From NCBI GenBank assembly GCA_041914905.1, contig JAYSCL010000001.1, positions 43,917-107,916 on the forward strand: DNA of 64,000 nt, written 5' to 3'. The notes under the pieces are model-generated. The model was not told the DNA's origin. It saw only the letters and a list, made by a program, of their open reading frames with translations, and did no database searches. The position numbers were made by a program, and so were the translations under genes. Origin of the DNA: Enterobacterales bacterium (GTDB lineage: Bacteria; Pseudomonadota; Gammaproteobacteria; Enterobacterales; Permianibacteraceae). Positions 28,575 to 37,118 of the stretch are shown here, one piece after another; the stretch's first letter is position 1; every line of letters begins with the position of its first letter.

Positions 28575-29995
28575 CGTCGCCATTCGGTACAAATACGAAC
28601 GATCTCGGTCAACGTTTCCTTCTGAATCCTCGGAAACGTGTTCTGTACCGCGATCAATGACTCATCAATTGAAGCAATCAATGTTTTCGGAATGGGCAGG
28701 TAGCAACTCCGCTTCGCATAAATCCATCGTGCTAACAAATTATTTTGCAAGTTGATGTCTTGTACGGCGCCCGAGTTAACGACCAACTCCAGCAAGAATG
28801 CCAAACGTTCCCACAACGGAATGAGATCACATAGCGCAACAACCCTGCCATGATGTTGACGATTTATGTTCGTCTGAATGAGCTGCTTTGTTGTCTCCAA
28901 TGATAGTGCCACATGATTTTTTAAGCGGTGTTTCATGCCATAGCGAAAAATTCGCTGACTTGGATCTTCCAACATGAGTAGCACGAGGTTTTCGTGATCA
29001 ATATCCGGCAATTGCCTCAGCGCCCAATAGGCCGTTGTTCGCGTTTCGACACACGGGCTAGTCGCAGCCGCCTTCAATCTGTCTAGATAGATAGTGTTTT
29101 TTTCTAGACCCATTAACCCGATCAACTTGGGTGCGGGCATTCGCTCATCGTTGCATTTTGTCAGTTCGTCATCAATCAACTGTGAAATCGCAAAACCGCC
29201 CTTTTTTGCATACCAATGAGCAACGTCCCGCACTCCTGCGGAATCATCCAATAACGCGCTTTTGAGAACCGCATTTCTGTCAAAAACAGAATTGTCGCCC
29301 GCAAAAAAAACGTGCAACGCTTTTTGCCTTACCGAAGGCTGCGGATCTTGAAGTAACAACTCAACAAACCCGATATGCGCGGATAAATCCGTTTTACAGA
29401 CGTCCAGAACCATCATGCGTAACCGGCAGTCAGAATGTTGGACAACAACAGGTAACGCGGAGGCCAAAGCGTCTTCCGGCCATTTCAACATAAACGAAAA
29501 AGCATAACGTGCAGTTGAAGCCTTTAAGCACGCAAATTGCGTCAATAAAAGTGGCTGCACCGAGGGTAGCGCCAACAACGCCTCAACCATCTGCAGAGTT
29601 TTAACATGATTATCTCGTGACTGTTCGAACAGCCTGAAAAGTTCATCAAGACTATCAATTATCACCTGTGCATTTTCTTCCCGAATAAACTGGTGAACCA
29701 GTTGTCGCGACGAAATACGGACAGCATAGACCCAGTCATTTAGTCGCAAAACCAACAGTTGAAATGTGGCTGCATTACTAATAGAACTAAGGCGCTCCAG
29801 TGCCGCTTCACGGATAAATCCGTCGTTGTTTTGAGAGAACTCGATTAGGGCTTCTTCGTTTGCATTTGCAGGGATTTGTCTTCGAGCTTGCTGAAGTCTC
29901 TCCATCAGAGCTGGATGGATGTATCCTTCGTCTTCGATATAGCTTTTATTGCCTTCCATTCGCAGACGAAGTTTTTCTATGAAATCAATTATCAT
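28571..29995 (-). CDS. HEAT-repeat protein (PBS-lyase HEAT-like repeats), downstream of rtcB.
   Basis: Repeated xVRxxAxxAL units are present (AVRISSRQ, SVRQKALHVF, GVRDVAHWY, VETRTTAYWALRQL). Confidence 0.5.
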   Translation of the reverse strand: MIIDFIEKLRLRMEGNKSYIEDEGYIHPALMERLQQARRQIPANANEEALIEFSQNNDGFIREAALERLSSISNAATFQLLVLRLNDWVYAVRISSRQLVHQFIREENAQVIIDSLDELFRLFEQSRDNHVKTLQMVEALLALPSVQPLLLTQFACLKASTARYAFSFMLKWPEDALASALPVVVQHSDCRLRMMVLDVCKTDLSAHIGFVELLLQDPQPSVRQKALHVFFAGDNSVFDRNAVLKSALLDDSAGVRDVAHWYAKKGGFAISQLIDDELTKCNDERMPAPKLIGLMGLEKNTIYLDRLKAAATSPCVETRTTAYWALRQLPDIDHENLVLLMLEDPSQRIFRYGMKHRLKNHVALSLETTKQLIQTNINRQHHGRVVALCDLIPLWERLAFLLELVVNSGAVQDINLQNNLLARWIYAKRSCYLPIPKTLIASIDESLIAVQNTFPRIQKETLTEIVRICTEWRR

Positions 29996-30113
29996 TTTTT
30001 CGCCTCAGCCTCATCAATCATGAACAGCGTTAGTGAAACTTGTTAAAGCTTTGCGACGCTTGCTTGATGCGAACGCTCTATGCAGTAAAGCGCGCCCAAG
30101 GCGCGCTTACTCT

Positions 30114-31325
30114 TTACCCCTTGACGCAAACGACTTGACGCAAGGTATGCACAACTTCAACCAATTCTCGTTGTGCCATAATTACAGCATCAATGTCTTT
30201 ATAAGCCATTGGGATCTCGTCAATCACATCGGCGTCTTTACGGCATTCAACATGTGCGGTCGCTTCAATTTGATCGCTTACCGTAAATTTGTTTTTCGCC
30301 GCTGTGCGACTCATTACACGACCAGCACCGTGACTGCAGGAGTGAAAGGATTCAGGGTTACCAAGTCCTCGCACAATATAGCTTTTTGCGCCCATTGAAC
30401 CCGGAATGATGCCGAGTTCACCTTTCTTCGCCGACACTGCACCTTTACGGGTTACCAAAACCTCTGCGCCGAAGTGCGTTTCTTTTTGCACATAGTTGTG
30501 ATGACAATTGACCGCGGCTACGTCTGCGGTGAATGGTTTGCGAATAACGCGCTGCGCCGCCGCCACCACATTTTGCATCATCACCATACGGTTTCGGCGT
30601 GCATAGTCCTGTGCCCAACCAACGGCTTCAATGTAGTCGTCAAAGTGCTGGCTACCTTCTTCGAAGTACGCGAGATCACGATGAGGCAAATTAGCAATGT
30701 GTTGCCGCATATCGGCTTGTGCCAACGCAATAAATAATTCGCCAATGGCGTTACCGACTCCCCGTGAACCGGAATGCAACATGAACCAGACAACTCCTGC
30801 TTCATCAATACAGACTTCGATAAAATGGTTACCGGTACCTAATGTCCCAAGATGTTTATAGTTGTTGGTGTTTTTAAGGCGCGGGTATTTCTCTGTAATG
30901 CGATTAAAGCCCGGCAACAATTCTGCCCACATGGTGTCGACCGTCGTCGGCGCATTCTCCCAGGCACCACGATCACGTCTACCCGATGAACGACCATGCG
31001 GTACCGCTTGCTCAATGGCTGTTCGCAATTCGCGTAAATTGTCAGGTAGATCTTCAGCGCGCAGTGTCGTGCGCGCCGCCATCATGCCGCAACCAATATC
31101 AACACCCACGGCTGCCGGAATAATCGCTCCTTGTGTTGGAATTACACTTCCAATGGTTGAGCCCTTTCCGACATGCACGTCCGGCATCACAGCCATATGC
31201 TTATAAATAAAAGGCATCGTTGCGGTGTGGCCTAACTGACGTTTTGCGTCGTCATCGACCGGCACGCCTTGCGTCCACATTTTGATCGGCTTACCGTTTT
31301 CTACTTCCAGCAATTCATATTCCAT
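30114..31325 (-). CDS. rtcB: RNA-splicing ligase RtcB (3'-phosphate/5'-OH RNA ligase).
   Basis: The protein aligns end to end with E. coli RtcB (MEYELLEVENGKPIKMWTQGVPVDDDAKRQLGHTATMPFIYKHMAVMPDVHVGKGSTIGSVIPTQGAIIPAAVGVDIGCGM). Confidence 0.9.
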   Translation of the reverse strand: MEYELLEVENGKPIKMWTQGVPVDDDAKRQLGHTATMPFIYKHMAVMPDVHVGKGSTIGSVIPTQGAIIPAAVGVDIGCGMMAARTTLRAEDLPDNLRELRTAIEQAVPHGRSSGRRDRGAWENAPTTVDTMWAELLPGFNRITEKYPRLKNTNNYKHLGTLGTGNHFIEVCIDEAGVVWFMLHSGSRGVGNAIGELFIALAQADMRQHIANLPHRDLAYFEEGSQHFDDYIEAVGWAQDYARRNRMVMMQNVVAAAQRVIRKPFTADVAAVNCHHNYVQKETHFGAEVLVTRKGAVSAKKGELGIIPGSMGAKSYIVRGLGNPESFHSCSHGAGRVMSRTAAKNKFTVSDQIEATAHVECRKDADVIDEIPMAYKDIDAVIMAQRELVEVVHTLRQVVCVKG

Positions 31326-31400
31326 AGCTGTAAATCCTATCGTCGTTTATTGCCCATCAATGTTTTTTGCAGTTGATGGGCTTGCTACTGCACTTATCTG

Positions 31401-32534
31401 TTATGAACCAATCTTAACCAAGCCATTCATCAGCGAATCCAAACCACCATAAACGTTCAGATGACCAATGCGCTCCGATAACTTTTCCAACGTTTCGAGC
31501 TCTTTCAAGCGCAACAACACCGCATTACCTTCCATCATGCGCGCCGTGTTGTGTAACGAACGCGTTGCAGCCGTTTCCTCGCGACGTTTGATCAAGTTGG
31601 CTTCGGCTGCTTTTTGTGCCTGCACAACTTGATTCAAAATGTCTTTCATTTCACCGGGCAAAATAATGTCCTTCACACCCACCTGATCCAGATCGATACC
31701 GTATTGCGCCAGCGATTCAGTACACTCTTTTGCAATCACACGGCTGATCGAATGTTTGTCCGCCAGCAACTCGTCCAATGTGCGCGTACCAACCGCTTCA
31801 CGCAATGCCAATTGCAAACGGCGATAAACGTGATCATCAACTTGTTTCAGTTTTTGCGCGACCGTTTGTGGGTCACGAATTCTGAAGGCCGCATTCAAAT
31901 TGATTCGCAGCGATACACGATCTTTGGTCAAAATTTCCTGGCCACTGATTTCCACGTTCTGCAAACGCAAGTCATAGACCTGTAACGTCAATTGACGATT
32001 AACATGCCAGAACGCGTGCCGACCGGCCGACAATGCACTTTTTAAACGACCGTTTTCATACAACAAACCCACCGATTGTTCTGGTATTAGCGCTTGCAGC
32101 AAGCGATCACCTTTTTTACTAAGGTTTACACCTTGGCGCAGGATCTCTGATAACAACGGCTCTTGCACACGATACGTATCGCTAACATCGAACGTATCGA
32201 TTCGAATTGTGAACGGTGTTTTCCACCACACTACACGCTCACCTGGCTCGACTAAACGGATCAAACGATTGTCGCTATACAGCGCGCCCACTTCGTTTGC
32301 TGTCAGCTGTTTCACCATCACGTGATCGGCAAACGCGGCTTGCTTCAATAAAACGTCGAGTTGCGCATGCTGCACTTCACCTGAGCCCAGCGCGACGACA
32401 TCTGCATTTAAGCGATTGCCCCAATCGATTTTACGATGCCGACCTGGCGCCAGCACGTGTTGAAACTGTTTATCATGGAACAACAAACCACGTTCGTTAT
32501 CGCCAATTTTCCACTGTTTAATTTGCATCATCAT
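31401..32534 (-). CDS. SPFH/band-7 (slipin-like) protein with no TM anchor, immediately upstream of rtcB. The ORF extends to 32600; the start is placed at the MMMQIKQ methionine cluster.
   Basis: An SPFH core is followed by a C-terminal coiled-coil (VVQAQKAAEANLIKRREETAA). It shares orientation with rtcB, with a 75-nt gap between them. Confidence 0.6.
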   Translation of the reverse strand: MMMQIKQWKIGDNERGLLFHDKQFQHVLAPGRHRKIDWGNRLNADVVALGSGEVQHAQLDVLLKQAAFADHVMVKQLTANEVGALYSDNRLIRLVEPGERVVWWKTPFTIRIDTFDVSDTYRVQEPLLSEILRQGVNLSKKGDRLLQALIPEQSVGLLYENGRLKSALSAGRHAFWHVNRQLTLQVYDLRLQNVEISGQEILTKDRVSLRINLNAAFRIRDPQTVAQKLKQVDDHVYRRLQLALREAVGTRTLDELLADKHSISRVIAKECTESLAQYGIDLDQVGVKDIILPGEMKDILNQVVQAQKAAEANLIKRREETAATRSLHNTARMMEGNAVLLRLKELETLEKLSERIGHLNVYGGLDSLMNGLVKIGS

Positions 32535-32807
32535 TTTTTCCTTTTTTAAGAGCCGGCGAGGGGTCGACAACGTGTCATCGGCCAATTCAGTTGTGGTCAT
32601 GGTGCTATCCGTCCTGTGGATCGCTTCCTTCTTTTCACCATCACGACTTCTGCGATGGCCGTGGCTACGTTGTCGACGCAGCTCGCCGGTTTGGTGCTAC
32701 TGACGAAAACCCGAAAAGCAGTTTTCGCATTCACACCGTTGTTGGGCTTGCGCCCAATTGACTTAAGTGGGGTTTTCACCCCAAAGGCGTGAAAGGCCCT
32801 TTTCCAA

Positions 32808-32879
32808 GGAGCTTGTGCAGGATTCGAACCTACGACACATCGCATTGCTGCGATTGCTCTACCGCTGAGCTATCAAGCG
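32808..32879 (-). ncRNA. tRNA-like element (tRNA mimic or Y-RNA-like module, or a tRNA pseudogene) in the leader of the SPFH-rtcB operon.
   Basis: On the minus strand it reads CGCTTGATAGCTCAGCGGTAGAGCAATCGCAGCAATGCGATGTGTCGTAGGTTCGAATCCTGCACAAGCTCC. The D-arm GCTC/AGCGGTA/GAGC is perfect. The T-arm GTAGG/TTCGAAT/CCTGC is perfect. The anticodon stem ATCGC/GCGAT encloses a loop of only 6 nt. The acceptor stem has 5 central base pairs with mismatches at both ends. No CCA is encoded. Confidence 0.5.
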
Positions 32880-32984
32880 TTTGAGTTTGTGATCTCCAGT
32901 CGGTACATCCTTGCCCAATGGGCGGATGCCAGTCCGGTGTAACAACCAGAACCGCTGATCCGGAGCACTTGCTCACGATTACTA

Positions 32985-33003
32985 TTCCAAGTTGCGTGCC
33001 AAG
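32985..33003 (-). promoter_or_regulatory. Candidate sigma54 (-24/-12) promoter reading leftwards into the tRNA-like element, the SPFH gene and rtcB.
   Basis: The minus strand reads TTGGCACGCAACTTGGAA. TGGCACG is a perfect -24 element. The spacing is correct. The -12 element is TTGG rather than TTGC. It sits ~140 bp upstream of divergent rtcR, whose product is a sigma54 activator. Confidence 0.45.
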
Positions 33004-33146
33004 TCCGGGCTAGAAGATTCTATACGCATCTATCTTATTGTTTTTTAATGTTTTAATTTTTATTGGTTGGCAAAAAGCTGTTGGTTGATGTGCTTGATGG
33101 ATTACGTCAAACTTAACTATATAGATAGTTAATTATCGACAATGAT

Positions 33147-34739
33147 ATGAAGAAGAATGTTGTGCTCGGTATTGTGGGCCAGGCACTTGATAACCGTGGC
33201 AAGGGGTACAAACGTTGGGATGCTTGGCGCCCCTCCGTCAGTGTGTGTATGCAGCCCGATCTGCACGTCGATCGATTTGAACTGATTCATCAACCCCGAG
33301 ATTTCAAACTGGCCAACGAAGTCGCGACGGATATCGCCAGCGTTTCAGTGGCGACCACGGTTGGACTGCACCCCATCGAGTTCAACGATCCCTGGGATTT
33401 CGAAGAGGTGTACAGCAAGCTGCTGGATTTCTGTTTGGCCTATCGCTTTGACAATGAAAACGAACAGTATTTTTTGCACATCACAACCGGTACTCACGTC
33501 GCTCAAATTTGCTGGTTCTTGCTCTGCGAAGCCAACTACGTGCCCGCGCAGTTGCTGCAAAGTTCTCCGCAAAAATCAACCGAACACGGAAAAGGTTCCA
33601 TTCAGATCATTGATCTGGATCTGTCACGCTACGATGCGATCAGTTCGCGGTTTAAGCGGCATAAGCTCGAAGGCGAAGCGTTTCTCAAATCCGGCATTGC
33701 GACACGCAATGAGCGCTTTAATGCGATGATTCACGAAATTGAACGCGTTGTGATTCGTTCGAAAGCGCCATTACTGATCACTGGCCCCACCGGCGCCGGA
33801 AAATCGCAACTGGCAAAACGTGTTTACGAGCTGAAGCAACGACGTGCACAAGTGCAGGGTGAATTCATCGCGATAAATTGCGCAACACTGCGTGGTGACA
33901 ACGCGATGTCAACTTTGTTCGGCCATACCCGCGGTGCTTTCACTGGTGCACAACAAGCGCGAAAAGGACTTTTAGCCAAAGCACATAAAGGTCTGCTGTT
34001 TCTCGACGAGATCGGCGAGCTGGGGCTTGATGAACAGGCCATGTTGTTGCACGCACTCGAAGAAAAATGTTTTTACCCGGTCGGTGCCGATGTCGCCGTC
34101 AACAGCGATTTCCAGCTGATCGCCGGCACCAACCGTGATTTGCGCATTGCAGTGAAGAACGGTCAATTCCGTGACGACTTGCTCAGTCGAATCAATTTAT
34201 GGAGTTATGAATTACCCGGACTTAAAGATCGACGCGAAGACATCGAACCCAATATCGATTATGAGCTTCAGCAATTAGAAGCCGAGCAAAATCACAAAAT
34301 CAGTTTCAATAAACTGGCGCGCCAACAATACCTGACGTTTGCGAAGAGCACTGAAGCGAGTTGGAGTGGTAATTTTCGCGATCTGAACGGTTCGATCCGT
34401 CGTATGGTGACCTTGGCCGATGGTGGTCGCATCACCGAAGAAGTCGTCGCAACGGAAGTAGCGCGCCTGCGATTATTTTGGGCGGATACAAAACCAGAGC
34501 AAGCTTTGCCACGTTTGGAAAATTACGTTGCCACGGACGTGCTAGCCGAGATGGACCAATTTGATCAATGGCAACTGTCCAGGGTTATTGCTGTTTGCCA
34601 AGGCACCGCTTCACTGTCGGAGGCAGGTAGGCAATTGTTTGATCGCAGTCGCTTGCAAAAGTCATCGGTCAATGACAGCCATCGACTCCGACAATATTTA
34701 GCAAAATATGGATTGAGTGCCGATCAACTGCTGCGGTAA
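33147..34739 (+). CDS. rtcR: Sigma54-dependent transcriptional activator RtcR (CARF sensor domain, AAA+ domain, HTH).
   Basis: The N-terminus MKKNVVLGIVGQALDNRGKGYKRWDAWRPSVSVCMQ...ITTGTHVAQICWFLL matches E. coli RtcR. It has the AAA+ motif GPTGAGKSQLAKRVYEL. It is 530 aa. Confidence 0.85.
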   Translation: MKKNVVLGIVGQALDNRGKGYKRWDAWRPSVSVCMQPDLHVDRFELIHQPRDFKLANEVATDIASVSVATTVGLHPIEFNDPWDFEEVYSKLLDFCLAYRFDNENEQYFLHITTGTHVAQICWFLLCEANYVPAQLLQSSPQKSTEHGKGSIQIIDLDLSRYDAISSRFKRHKLEGEAFLKSGIATRNERFNAMIHEIERVVIRSKAPLLITGPTGAGKSQLAKRVYELKQRRAQVQGEFIAINCATLRGDNAMSTLFGHTRGAFTGAQQARKGLLAKAHKGLLFLDEIGELGLDEQAMLLHALEEKCFYPVGADVAVNSDFQLIAGTNRDLRIAVKNGQFRDDLLSRINLWSYELPGLKDRREDIEPNIDYELQQLEAEQNHKISFNKLARQQYLTFAKSTEASWSGNFRDLNGSIRRMVTLADGGRITEEVVATEVARLRLFWADTKPEQALPRLENYVATDVLAEMDQFDQWQLSRVIAVCQGTASLSEAGRQLFDRSRLQKSSVNDSHRLRQYLAKYGLSADQLLR

Positions 34740-34844
34740 GCCATTTGCTTCCAGTCCATGCGAAAAGACGGCTAATTACCATCTCGCCTTTGTTTTTTAC
34801 ACAGTCGTCACGGTTTTTTTTCAGTCGGTTCGTGAGCAGTATTT

Positions 34845-35303
34845 TTAGGGTTCATAGATCACTAGTGTGTGGTTCTCACTGGCTAGTTCTTCATCGATGA
34901 TTTTGGCGATCACGTCCCAATTCCCGCCTGCGAGTCCCGCACCAATTAACGGATAAGCAATGCGTTTGCCGAAGAACGCGTTTTTTATGCATTTCATCGC
35001 GCTGCGAATGGCCTCGTAATCAGCTTTGTTGCGATTACCTCGCCAATCAAACTGAGTGTATGCGTTGACGACGTAAAAGGCATGATCACCCCTGCGAACC
35101 AAAACGGAACTAATTGAGCCCAGCTTTTCAACTGAACCTTTTGGTGTTTGAAGATCTGCTTCATAGGCTTCAGGGAAGTGCGCACGGATTTGCTTTGCAA
35201 TCCCTGCCCCCATAACACACATGCAATTGCAGCCATGGACTATAACATCGAAATGTCCTTCCTGTGCAAGCAGGAGAAGATCGCCTTTAACGGTTATACC
35301 CAT
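34845..35303 (-). CDS. Macro-domain protein (ADP-ribose / ADP-ribose-1''-phosphate binding or hydrolysing).
   Basis: Macro-domain motifs are present (VVHGCNCMCVMGAGIAKQI and AYPLIGAGLAGGNW). It is 152 aa. Confidence 0.7.
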   Translation of the reverse strand: MGITVKGDLLLLAQEGHFDVIVHGCNCMCVMGAGIAKQIRAHFPEAYEADLQTPKGSVEKLGSISSVLVRRGDHAFYVVNAYTQFDWRGNRNKADYEAIRSAMKCIKNAFFGKRIAYPLIGAGLAGGNWDVIAKIIDEELASENHTLVIYEP

Positions 35304-35362
35304 TTAATTTTTTCCCGCAAGGTTTCGATAGGAGTTTGTGGTAATAGGGTGAGTTAATTGCA

Positions 35363-36271
35363 TCAGATACTTGCATATTTGTTCTCGTAAAGCGCTTGCG
35401 CTTTCCGTCGAATCATTTCGCGATCAACCAGCTTATCAAGCCAGCGTTGGGGGATAGCCGCAACACCGTAAAACGCGCCAGCAAGTTGGCCGGTAATTGC
35501 AGCCGTAGTATCGGTGTCTTCACCAAGGCTAATCGCTTTTAGAATGGCGTCCTCAAAATTGCTTGTAGTGGCAACACACCAAAGCGAGGCTTCCAGTGAA
35601 TGAAGAACATAGCCCGAACTTTCAATGGCTTCCATCGATTTGGTACGCCAATCGCCGCGCACAATGCAGCGCAACTTGTCTGTGCTTGGCGTGAAGCTGG
35701 CATTGCTGAGCACCTGTTCCTTCGTTTCACCGCGTAGTGCACGAATCAGATGTTCAACATAAACCTGACAAGCTTCCAAACATTCGGTCGCACCGTGTGT
35801 AGTTTTGGAACTCAACGTAGCAAATTCGCGCGCCGCATTTAAGTCTTCGCAAAAATACATCGCGATCGGGGCCAGCCGCATCAAACTGCCGTTGCCTGCA
35901 GTGTTCGGATTGTTGCTGCCGGCATACGCCACACCGTTAGCGATGTACTGGCGTAAAGCCGTTGCCGTTGTCATGCCAATATCAAAACAGCGCCCGTTGC
36001 TGCTTAGGTAACCGTAATTCATCCAATTGCAGTAGCGGTTCATCTGATCAACCGGATCAAAGCTTTTGCAATACAATAAGCTTTCAGCAAGGCAAAGCGC
36101 CATTGATGCATCGTCGGTCCATTCACCGGGGCCGAGATCGAAGGGTCCACCACCAACCATTTCTGTGGGCGTTTCAAATGCGAAACGCTCACGAAATTCA
36201 ACTTGTGCGCCTAAAGCATCACCACAAGCAAGGCCAAGTAAACAGCCTTCGAAGCGTTCAATCATGTCCAC
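35363..36271 (-). CDS. ADP-ribosylglycohydrolase (ARH/DraG family).
   Basis: The N-terminus ERFEGCLLGLACGDALGAQVEF and the block GEWTDDASMAL are ARH-family signatures. Confidence 0.75.
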   Translation of the reverse strand: MDMIERFEGCLLGLACGDALGAQVEFRERFAFETPTEMVGGGPFDLGPGEWTDDASMALCLAESLLYCKSFDPVDQMNRYCNWMNYGYLSSNGRCFDIGMTTATALRQYIANGVAYAGSNNPNTAGNGSLMRLAPIAMYFCEDLNAAREFATLSSKTTHGATECLEACQVYVEHLIRALRGETKEQVLSNASFTPSTDKLRCIVRGDWRTKSMEAIESSGYVLHSLEASLWCVATTSNFEDAILKAISLGEDTDTTAAITGQLAGAFYGVAAIPQRWLDKLVDREMIRRKAQALYENKYASI

Positions 36272-36276
36272 TTGAT

Positions 36277-37050
36277 TTATGCTCCACTGGTAATCGTGCG
36301 CGGAAAAAAGTGTTGGCGCGTGCCATCTTTTAATCGAAACAGCTGGGCCGGACGATTAGCACCACCGCGCACGGCACCCACGATTTCTTCGAGAATCGCT
36401 GCATCATTAATACGACGACGAAAGGCGCTTTTATCAATGGGGCGACCGAGAATGATCTCGAAGGTTTTTTGCAAATCGCCCAACGTAAATTGCTCTGGTA
36501 ACAGGTGCACCGGCAGGGCGCTGTACTCGGTTTTGGCGCGCAATCGTTGCAAAGCATTTTCAAGCAGCAGGTCATGATCAAATGCGAGTGTTGCTGACAC
36601 GGCGTTGTCCGTGATCGGAAACCAGGCGACCGCATCGCTGTTACCACCTACCGACAGATCAATGGCATCACTATTGATCAGCGCAAAATACACCACCGTC
36701 ACCGACCAACCGCGTGGATCGCGTTGCTTATTGCCAACCGTCATCAACTGCTCGACATAGGGGCTGGCGACACCGGTTTTTGTTTTGAGGATACGCAGTG
36801 CGGCGGCGTCTAAATCGGCATCTTCTTGTAATCGAATAAACCCGCCAGGCAACGCCCACTTTCCCAATGCCGGATGATCGTTGCGTTTGACCAGCAGCAC
36901 CTGTAGTTGAGTGTCCTTGACCGTAAAGATCACCGTATCGACGGTCGTTAATGGCGCATCAAAGACTTTGGGGTCATAGCTGCGCAAAAATTCGCTTTCA
37001 CTTAAGGTCGTGGACATGCTGATAGGCTTGTTGAAATAAGATAGTTGCAT
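36277..37050 (-). CDS. nrtR: Nudix-related transcriptional regulator (NrtR type): a Nudix ADP-ribose-binding domain plus a C-terminal winged helix. The start is uncertain; the ORF extends to 37125.
   Basis: The Nudix box reads GKWALPGGFIRLQEDADLDAAALRILKTKTG. It has a C-terminal wHTH-like tail. It is divergent from the pncA-pncB-nadE operon and sits upstream of the ARH and macro genes. Confidence 0.6.
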   Translation of the reverse strand: MQLSYFNKPISMSTTLSESEFLRSYDPKVFDAPLTTVDTVIFTVKDTQLQVLLVKRNDHPALGKWALPGGFIRLQEDADLDAAALRILKTKTGVASPYVEQLMTVGNKQRDPRGWSVTVVYFALINSDAIDLSVGGNSDAVAWFPITDNAVSATLAFDHDLLLENALQRLRAKTEYSALPVHLLPEQFTLGDLQKTFEIILGRPIDKSAFRRRINDAAILEEIVGAVRGGANRPAQLFRLKDGTRQHFFPRTITSGA

Positions 37051-37118
37051 ATTGCCACTAACAGGATTAGAGTACAAGCATAGTTTTACAGAGCAACTAA
37101 GTATTAAAGGGGAGCACC

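Noticed and set aside
28571-29995. Whether the 474-aa HEAT-repeat protein could be Rsr/Ro60, the usual partner of Y RNAs near rtcB.
   Set aside because: It has no VWA domain. The repeats look like PBS-lyase-type HEAT units rather than a TROVE toroid plus VWA. There is no support for a Ro orthologue from sequence alone.
32597-32845. An 82-aa minus-strand ORF overlapping the tRNA-like element and the terminator-like hairpin.
   Set aside because: It consists of a structured RNA region and leader sequence. It has no SD/start context, and its translation is low-complexity. The tRNA-like fold explains the sequence better.
32808-32879. Interpreting the element as a genuine functional tRNA gene (an island integration target).
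   Set aside because: The anticodon loop is 6 nt. The acceptor stem has terminal mismatches. No CCA is encoded. The element lies in the middle of the island rather than at an edge, and no integrase is adjacent. A tRNA mimic or pseudogene is more consistent.
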